Shown here one piece after another: positions 57,666 to 64,000 of a stretch of DNA of 64,000 nt. Source of the DNA: Thermoplasmatota archaeon (GTDB lineage Archaea > Thermoplasmatota > Poseidoniia > Poseidoniales > Thalassarchaeaceae); the NCBI GenBank assembly GCA_036154155.1, contig JAYZLP010000012.1, positions 22,393-86,392 on the forward strand. The letters are read 5' to 3'. The position numbers and the translations under genes are program-made. Numbering within the stretch: the first letter of the stretch is position 1; every line of letters begins with the position of its first letter. The notes beneath the pieces are model-generated. The model worked only from the letters and a program-made list of their open reading frames with translations, made no database searches and was not told the origin of the DNA.

Positions 57666-58555
57666 CCCCTCCATCGACCGCTATTTGTTAGGACCCTGTC
57701 CCCGATAATCGATACTCCGATATCTTCCCTTTCCAGAATTCGTGGAGAACCGTCTTCCATAATCCCATCATGCCTCCACCCAGTCCATTTCCAATTGCCA
57801 TCGCCCGCATTTACACAGTCCATCATCGGACCTGGCAAATTGATAATCCACGGCTCGGATCCAATCTCCTTCATCATCGCGGCATAACGGCCACTCATCA
57901 TCACCATCCATCCAATATTTTCATCGAATCTCACTCCGATCACTCTCTCGGGCAATTTGAGAACTTCTGTCCTCAGGACGGCCCCTTTGTCCTCGGAAAC
58001 TAGTGAAAACCCTCCAGATTCCGACCAAATGGCAATCCCGTCAGGAGTATGGACCATGTCGATAATCGAGTCAACGTTGCTGAAATCTTGTAGCTCTGGC
58101 CACTGGGGGTAGGGGGATCTCCAGATTTCATTCGCACCTCCATCTACCCTGTAAATCCCCGTATTCAGGACTCCGAAGGTTATCTCCTCCCCATTGCTCG
58201 TCAGCCCCATCGGCTCCCCTTCTATGTCTCTGGTCCAGAGGCAAGAGTCTGGTAGGACATCAGAGGCCGAACTACCCATTGTCCTGAGAAAATCACGCCC
58301 TCTTCCGAAGCCCAATTCGCCATCGAGAGGGATAGCTCCCATGCATGCCTTCTTGAATCCCCTGTCGACCCATGCACCGATCCACTTTCCCGAACAAATA
58401 GTTCCATAGGTCGGCTGAGAAGGAAACGGGACTGAAAAATTCCCGACCGTACGGCCTTCTGAGTCAACCTTCATGATCTCCCCCATGGAACCAACTATCA
58501 CCGAGAGCGAGTCGCCTTTGTCGACCCTGACAGGGTTGAACCCCAGCCCTTGCAT
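57647..58555 (-). CDS. Hypothetical beta-propeller-like protein
   Basis: 302-aa ORF with W/G-rich repeat character (IYRVDGGANEIWRS, GIAIWSESGGFS). No signal peptide. Convergent 19-nt overlap with rps27ae. Confidence 0.4.
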   Translation of the reverse strand: MQGLGFNPVRVDKGDSLSVIVGSMGEIMKVDSEGRTVGNFSVPFPSQPTYGTICSGKWIGAWVDRGFKKACMGAIPLDGELGFGRGRDFLRTMGSSASDVLPDSCLWTRDIEGEPMGLTSNGEEITFGVLNTGIYRVDGGANEIWRSPYPQWPELQDFSNVDSIIDMVHTPDGIAIWSESGGFSLVSEDKGAVLRTEVLKLPERVIGVRFDENIGWMVMMSGRYAAMMKEIGSEPWIINLPGPMMDCVNAGDGNWKWTGWRHDGIMEDGSPRILEREDIGVSIIGDRVLTNSGRWRGHAFTE

Positions 58556-58627
58556 GCTATCTCGTCCTAATCATCCCGCTTCAAGGTGTGGCTGAAAGCA
58601 TTGAAGTATGGCCCGCCTTGCCAAATC

Positions 58628-59569
58628 ATGGCCTCACTCATCCTCAGCTCCACCCTCGACGAGGCCTCGATTAATCTTGCTCGAGCGTTAGTAGAATCTT
58701 CAGACTGGCAAAACGTCGAGGATTTTGATCACGGAAGAGTTCGCCGTCATTCTGAGAGGCCAGTTACGATCCTAGAGATTGACGAGTTGCATATTCATGC
58801 AGATGAAATCGATAGGGTCCACATGGACGAGACTGGCGATTCTATCGACGAAGTCCTAGTCCTATCTAGGCACGTTTCGTCAACAAATACGCCCGCAATA
58901 ACACTTCACGCAATTGGCCTTCCAGGTATCACCCCAACTGGGGAGAAAGGGGTTGCGGGAGGTGTTAATGGGCACGTTGTTCCTCCTTCGCCGAGGTTTT
59001 CTTCGTTGTACAGGAAGATGCTAGAGGTGGCAAGAAAAAACGGCCTTGAGGAGGATTTTGATCTTACAATGGAGACTACGCACCATGGTCCGAGGCTCGA
59101 GACCCCTTCCCTGTACATTGAGATAGGCTCTACTGAGACAGAGTGGAATAGAAAAGACGCAGCAATGGTTTGGTCGACCGTAATCTGTGATGTTCTCGGA
59201 CTTAATGGGGCCGAACCACAGGGAGAATGGGCCGGCAGTGGCTCAGTCATGGTGGGTTTCGGTGGGGGCCACTACGCGCCGCGGCACAAGTCCGTGGTCG
59301 AATCTGGAGACTTTTGGCTGGGGCACGTCTTGGCAAACTACTCTCTCAGATTCGAAAAGTCGGAAGTAGAATCGGAGATTCCTGGTGGAAACTGGAAGGA
59401 ATCAGCTTCCTCTGCCATAGAGGCGACACGAGCCGCATTCCCCGGGGGTGAAATATTCGCCCACCTCGACAGGAAGTCTTTCAGGGGCTGGGAAAGAACG
59501 CTTCTAGTTAATTTCCTCGAGGAAAATGGAGTCCCCGTTCTGAGAGGAAGGGATTTGCCTCAAGAGTAA
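58628..59569 (+). CDS. dtdA: D-aminoacyl-tRNA deacylase, archaeal type (DTD2)
   Basis: METTHHGPRLETPSLYIEIGSTETEWNRKDAA and VGFGGGHYAPRH match conserved DtdA blocks. Start set at MASLIL. Confidence 0.7.
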   Translation: MASLILSSTLDEASINLARALVESSDWQNVEDFDHGRVRRHSERPVTILEIDELHIHADEIDRVHMDETGDSIDEVLVLSRHVSSTNTPAITLHAIGLPGITPTGEKGVAGGVNGHVVPPSPRFSSLYRKMLEVARKNGLEEDFDLTMETTHHGPRLETPSLYIEIGSTETEWNRKDAAMVWSTVICDVLGLNGAEPQGEWAGSGSVMVGFGGGHYAPRHKSVVESGDFWLGHVLANYSLRFEKSEVESEIPGGNWKESASSAIEATRAAFPGGEIFAHLDRKSFRGWERTLLVNFLEENGVPVLRGRDLPQE

Positions 59570-59602
59570 TCGTGAAGTCTCTCCTGCCTCCTCGGAGGTA
59601 AG

Positions 59603-60556
59603 ATGGCACTGTTCGGGCGTCTCATCGTGGCATCAATGCCATTGGCCCCGAAGTTCATCGTAAAGCGTGTGGCCATGCGATATGTGGCAGGATCAGAAAT
59701 GTCTGACGCAATCGCAACGATGAGAAAACTATCAGCGGAGGGCGCCTGCTTCACAGTCGACGTCTTGGGGGAAGAAATCAGTTCCATGGAGGAAGCGAGC
59801 TACTTCCTAGAAGAATATTCCAGACTATTGGACGCAATCGAAGAACACGGATTGAACGCAAATATTTCCATTAAACCAACAGCTTTCGGATTACTAGTAA
59901 ACAGGGACTCTGCTTATTCGAACATAGAGTCAATTACCAGGAAAGCGCAGAAGCTGGACTCATTTGTAAGGTTGGACATGGAGGACAGCAGGGTCACCCA
60001 GGAAACGATTGATGTAATGCTGGCCATGCACTCCAAGGGCCTTACAAACATTGGAGTAGTCTTGCAGGGAAGGCTACATAGGACCGAATCAGACATTGAC
60101 TCAATTTGCTCTTCCCTAGGCGACAAAACCGACTTCAGAATATGTAAAGGAATATACCTGGAGCCTGGTGATATAGCCCATACCAATTACTCTGACATTG
60201 TTGAAGCCACCAATCGAGCTGTCACATCCATGTTGGATCGAGGCGCGTATACCGCAATCGCTTCACACGATTTTCCAGTAATAGAACACGCCTTGGCCGA
60301 ATTAAGAAATAGGGGCATGGACAATCCAGACTCTACGGGATTAGAGAAAAAGGGTCCGGGGTACGAATTCCAATTTCTCTTGGGGGTCAGGGGCGATGTA
60401 AGGAGGGACCTTGCTTCAAAGGGCCACCTCACGAGAGTCTACGTTCCCTACGGGACTAGGTGGTATGAGTATGGACTCAGGAGGCTCAGAGAGAACCCGG
60501 AAGTGGCTAGCCACGTAGTGAAAGCCCTGTTAATGCCATGGACAAATCGCAGGTAA
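59603..60556 (+). CDS. Proline dehydrogenase family protein
   Basis: LAPKFIVKRVAMRYVAGSEMSDAIATMRKL...ISIKPTAFG matches monofunctional PRODH of about 300 aa. Confidence 0.7.
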   Translation: MALFGRLIVASMPLAPKFIVKRVAMRYVAGSEMSDAIATMRKLSAEGACFTVDVLGEEISSMEEASYFLEEYSRLLDAIEEHGLNANISIKPTAFGLLVNRDSAYSNIESITRKAQKLDSFVRLDMEDSRVTQETIDVMLAMHSKGLTNIGVVLQGRLHRTESDIDSICSSLGDKTDFRICKGIYLEPGDIAHTNYSDIVEATNRAVTSMLDRGAYTAIASHDFPVIEHALAELRNRGMDNPDSTGLEKKGPGYEFQFLLGVRGDVRRDLASKGHLTRVYVPYGTRWYEYGLRRLRENPEVASHVVKALLMPWTNRR

Positions 60557-60559
60557 TCA

Positions 60560-61156
60560 CTATATCGAGTGTAGGTACATTCTCCTAACTTCTGCAGCAA
60601 CTCTCTTGCCTCTCAGGGTTCTCCCAGCACCTGTATGAATCGCCCTGATCCTCCACTTTTTACCATCCAGGACCATCACCGTCCCACACGAGAAAACTTT
60701 CTCCGGATCGCATTCAATACTCGAGGGTGTGCTGACTTCTCCATCAGTTAGAGTTAGTCTAACCACACACGCGTCCTTGCGTATTGCCCACATCGATGTT
60801 ATCTTGTCCGCTTCCGAAGAATTGACTGGCATCTTGTCCCCGATTTCTATTCTTGTGACCTGCCAATGGGCATCGTCAAACTGGAAAAGGTCACCCTTTG
60901 AAATCTCCTCATCTGCATCGGACTCAATCAACGCCGAAAAGCTGTCCGCCCCATCAGAAAGAGTTGCCCTCACTGAAGTTGAAGATGGAGGTCTGAGGCT
61001 AATCCTATGGACATTAGAACAGGAAACACACCTCACAAGCAGGTCCTCTCCAGCCCCCTTTACCGTTCTGCTCAGAACCTCATGCTCGGTCAGATCCGAA
61101 CACCCCGGACACTGTGCAACGTCGGCCACTTGGTCATCTCCCACAGCTTCCTCCAT
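60560..61156 (-). CDS. Hypothetical Zn-ribbon protein
   Basis: N-terminal CPGCSDL...VRCVSCSNVH four-Cys ribbon. Length 198 aa. Confidence 0.4.
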   Translation of the reverse strand: MEEAVGDDQVADVAQCPGCSDLTEHEVLSRTVKGAGEDLLVRCVSCSNVHRISLRPPSSTSVRATLSDGADSFSALIESDADEEISKGDLFQFDDAHWQVTRIEIGDKMPVNSSEADKITSMWAIRKDACVVRLTLTDGEVSTPSSIECDPEKVFSCGTVMVLDGKKWRIRAIHTGAGRTLRGKRVAAEVRRMYLHSI

Positions 61157-61231
61157 GGCCCTGCGGTCAGCATGCCTCTCTTGAAGCCACCGAGCAGTCT
61201 ATTTTCAATAGTGGCAACCCTTCCGCAATAC

Positions 61232-62026
61232 ATGGCAGGAGGCTCCAGTGGCTTCGGCCTCCCGCAAATGTCTGAAAGGGAAATGTTGGAGAAACTACTC
61301 TCTGAGGATATTGAGAGGGGTGATTCGGAACCGCTGATCGCTTCATCGATAGGCGAGCAGATGTTGCTGATGGGCCTTAGGACAATGCCAAGGTCAATGA
61401 GGGCCAGAATTCGTGATATTTCTTCAAGAGTGCCAGTTGGAGACGTTGTTCTTGTTGGGGGTGGCATCGGACACCTTTCGGCATGGCTCCTTGACATGTG
61501 GTGCGGCGACCCATCCGTGGACACCCCGGACGAAGGTAGCAAACCAGACTCATTCATCATTGTCGAGGAAGGTGCAAGGTTTGGAGTCATCATCGATCGC
61601 CTGATTAGGAGGTACGAAGCAGAAGGCTGGGCCAGAGTTGTTGGAAATAAGTGGTCAGAGGTAGTGGCCGAGGCAAGGACATGGTCAGCTGCTTCAGCTT
61701 CCCTCCCCGAGTCAGCAAGGCCCTCATCAATTCCTACCGGACTCAATCTGGTAATCATTGATCTTCCGGATTCGGAAAGGCCCAGTGCCGCCAAATCTGC
61801 ATTCGAAATTCTTGCCCCAGGGGGAATACTGATCGTTCCCGAGCCCGAGGTCCCAACCGGAGATGTTGGAGAGCCCTCTCCCGGGGAGGAGCCAACTGAG
61901 GCACAGAGAAAGGTGGCCGCCTTCAACGAATGGATAGATTTCGCCAAGTCAGTTAGCGTGAATCACTCACTCGCTTTCGTTGAGCTTACCGGCGGGACTA
62001 TCGCCGTGGTTCGACGAGCTGCTTGA
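61232..62026 (+). CDS. SAM-dependent methyltransferase (class I, O-methyltransferase-like)
   Basis: Motif I VLVGGGIGHLSAWLL and post-I acidic residue; ILAPGGILIV later. Start uncertain (61232 or 61268); the ORF-track N-terminal extension overlaps the upstream gene. Confidence 0.55.
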   Translation: MAGGSSGFGLPQMSEREMLEKLLSEDIERGDSEPLIASSIGEQMLLMGLRTMPRSMRARIRDISSRVPVGDVVLVGGGIGHLSAWLLDMWCGDPSVDTPDEGSKPDSFIIVEEGARFGVIIDRLIRRYEAEGWARVVGNKWSEVVAEARTWSAASASLPESARPSSIPTGLNLVIIDLPDSERPSAAKSAFEILAPGGILIVPEPEVPTGDVGEPSPGEEPTEAQRKVAAFNEWIDFAKSVSVNHSLAFVELTGGTIAVVRRAA

Positions 62027-63273
62027 ACCTCCCTAAACATAGCCTCCCCCTTTGCTACAGAGCCATCCATCCGAACGGCCTCCATTTCGTCCGCACCACT
62101 CGAGTTCCCGAAAGAATCGATTAACGAATCCATGTCGAGTAGCCCGTATCCATAGTGGGAATCATGATCGCTCTGCCCCTCCTTCATTTGTGAGCTCTCC
62201 ATGATGACGCTTTTCACTTCCTCAATTGCACCCATTCCTCCCTGCTCGCCCCCCCTCTGCAACTCAGGATGTGCTTGCAGCAGTATAGCGATTGAACCTG
62301 AAACCCAAGCAGTAGCTGCGGATGTCCCGCTTGACCACCCCCACCAAGCACCATTTCCAACCCCGCTCGCCATCAGGACTGGGACCTCATGCCCAGGCGC
62401 CACCAATTCCGGCTTCTTGTCAGGGTCTTGTCGTGGAAGTATGGGGTTCGGCCAAAGCCTCCCGTCATTATCGCCCTCGGAACTACCTGACCAGATTGCA
62501 CCGGTCCTAGTAATTCCGCCAACGCAGATCACGTCCTCCACAGAACCTGGAGACTCCACGTCCCCATCATCGTCATTACCATCGTTCCCCGCTGCCGCTA
62601 CAACAAACACGCCTTCCTGGATGGCGTCCTCGACAGACTGCTCGAGAGCATCGGTGGTGAATAGGCCCGAGCCAATCCCTTGGTCTCCTCCTAGGCTTAG
62701 AGAAATTACCTCTGCACCCCCATCAACACACCAATCAACCGCATCGGCAATAACCGAGTCAGTCCCAGAGCCATCCGAACCTATCGCCTTCGCAACCATC
62801 AGCGAAACTCCGGGAGAAACTCCTGTCAAACCACCCTCTGCCACGATGATTCCAGCCATCGCAGTACCATGCCCTTCGTCATCGTATGGACTCTCAATAC
62901 CGGAAACAAAGTCATTCCATGAGGTCAAATTCACCCCTCGCAGGTCCGGATGACTAACGTCAATTCCGGTATCCACAACGCACAACTCTACCCCACTTCC
63001 ATCAAATTCCGAAATCTCATCCAACCCTGTCATTTGCCGGTATTGATCCTCCCATGTAAGGAGTGACGAAGGGGGCCCTCCAAGCTGGACATCCTCAATC
63101 TGAGCCCAGGCCCATAGCCCGATAATTAGGATGCTGAGAAAAATGACCAATCCCGAAACTACGCCTATTACCCACGGCAAAGCATCCCGAAATGCATCAG
63201 CGCCGTCTCGCTCAACAATTTCACTAGCTTGCTCTGATGGAGTGTGACTAACCAACCCATTCTCTTGATCCAT
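61963..63273 (-). CDS. Subtilisin-like serine protease (S8) with N-terminal membrane anchor
   Basis: Catalytic triad motifs VVDTGIDVSHPDL (Asp), HGTAMAGIIVAEGG (His), GTSAATAWVSGSIAILL (Ser). N-terminal TM (VIGVVSGLVIFLSILIIGLWAWA). Confidence 0.8.
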   Translation of the reverse strand: MDQENGLVSHTPSEQASEIVERDGADAFRDALPWVIGVVSGLVIFLSILIIGLWAWAQIEDVQLGGPPSSLLTWEDQYRQMTGLDEISEFDGSGVELCVVDTGIDVSHPDLRGVNLTSWNDFVSGIESPYDDEGHGTAMAGIIVAEGGLTGVSPGVSLMVAKAIGSDGSGTDSVIADAVDWCVDGGAEVISLSLGGDQGIGSGLFTTDALEQSVEDAIQEGVFVVAAAGNDGNDDDGDVESPGSVEDVICVGGITRTGAIWSGSSEGDNDGRLWPNPILPRQDPDKKPELVAPGHEVPVLMASGVGNGAWWGWSSGTSAATAWVSGSIAILLQAHPELQRGGEQGGMGAIEEVKSVIMESSQMKEGQSDHDSHYGYGLLDMDSLIDSFGNSSGADEMEAVRMDGSVAKGEAMFREVQAARRTTAIVPPVSSTKASE

Positions 63274-63292
63274 GTTGCCATCCTCTTGGTTT

Positions 63293-63997
63293 TCACCAAG
63301 CCTCAGCCTTTGAGAAATGACTGACTACGGTGGTGTTCGAGCTGCATGATGGACAGACGACTCTCGAAGGTAAAATTGCTGCGCACTTAACACAAGCATC
63401 CCCTGACTTCCCTTGGCCCTTGCAATCGGAATTTGAGCAACGCACCTCAATCTTCCCAGAGGGTCTCTTTGTCACGGGAGTCTCGCCACCGCATACCGGG
63501 CAACTTCCCTGTATGCTTCGAGCCACAGAGCTCTTGCTCTCACCTGCGACCTCTCTGGCTCTGGACGACCAAATTTGATGGTCCCCTCCCCCTAGCATGA
63601 AGTGGGGGTACCAAAGTACGTGAAGCAGGAAGAAGTAGGAAACAACTCCGGATATGACAAACAGAGTTGTTGGCCCAATTATTCCATAATCGTAGTCGAA
63701 TGGGGGTCTGTCCGCTATCGCATGGGAGCCCGACCAGGAAACAACGTTGATGAGAATGGCCCATACTGCCAGACTGGAACTCCACGCATGTAGTCTGTGA
63801 TCGTCCCAGGCTTTCTCCACTACTCTTGGATCAGGGTGTGCGTGCCTCTCTTCGACGTGTACGTCCCTGGTCTCGACCACTGCCCTATGAACGACAAACC
63901 AACAAACGAAGAGCAGTATGAGATTCGCAAAAACCACCCCTCCCCAGTCCGTAATCTCTGACCCAAAGGGGAAATCAGGGGACTTCGCATGTGACAA
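63293..63997 (-). CDS. Hypothetical polytopic membrane protein with C-terminal double Zn-ribbon
   Basis: Several hydrophobic segments. C-terminal CPVCGG...RCSNSDCKG...CVKCAA...CPSC. The first M is 3 nt from the window end, so the true N-terminus may lie outside the window. Confidence 0.4.
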   Translation of the reverse strand: MSHAKSPDFPFGSEITDWGGVVFANLILLFVCWFVVHRAVVETRDVHVEERHAHPDPRVVEKAWDDHRLHAWSSSLAVWAILINVVSWSGSHAIADRPPFDYDYGIIGPTTLFVISGVVSYFFLLHVLWYPHFMLGGGDHQIWSSRAREVAGESKSSVARSIQGSCPVCGGETPVTKRPSGKIEVRCSNSDCKGQGKSGDACVKCAAILPSRVVCPSCSSNTTVVSHFSKAEAW

Positions 63998-64000
63998 TAT

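Noticed and set aside
61090-61947. 285-aa minus-strand ORF overlapping the SAM-methyltransferase gene
   Set aside because: The Ser/Pro/Thr-rich translation has no motifs. The plus-strand frame has clear MTase motif I (VLVGGGIGHLSAWLL), so the plus-strand gene is taken as real.

Overview
This looks like a chromosomal segment from an archaeon. Its information-processing genes are clearly archaeal: class I LysRS, aRF1, aIF2-beta, Nog1, RpoE plus Spt4 plus S24e plus S27ae, archaeal DtdA, an XPD-type helicase, and archaeal-type UMP kinase. Protein composition is acidic. Three very large type-I surface proteins (977, 2987 and 1894 aa) and the gene content fit a heterotrophic Thermoplasmatota / Marine-Group-II-like euryarchaeon; that lineage call is inference only.

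The window is densely coding, with about 55 genes. Main content:
- a partial carB;
- a long minus-strand gene string ending in a complete 2-oxoacid dehydrogenase complex operon with de novo lipoylation genes (lipA, E1-alpha, E1-beta, E2, lpdA, lipB), which carries ATGA and TAATG start/stop overlaps;
- a pterin cluster (FolM-like SDR plus FolB-like);
- one tRNA-Leu(UAA);
- two giant surface proteins next to the tRNA, one of them 2987 aa with TSP3-like Ca-binding repeats, a transglutaminase-like core and a DUF4129-like cytoplasmic tail;
- a string of RHH regulator, XPD helicase and a small unknown protein, divergent from an HD dNTPase-like gene, with palindromic operator-like sites between them;
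- gdhA plus a polar-amino-acid ABC transporter whose permease is fused to a Ycf48/BNR beta-propeller;
- purC;
- a 1894-aa FG-GAP/CARDB surface protein;
- the rpoE-spt4-rps24e-rps27ae operon (rps27ae is under 60 aa and absent from the ORF track);
- dtdA, proline dehydrogenase, an SAM-MTase, a subtilase and several small Zn-ribbon proteins.

I saw no CRISPR array, integrase or transposase. The three giant surface proteins with unusual cytoplasmic tails are the most unusual content. All calls are by eye from motifs; no searches were run.
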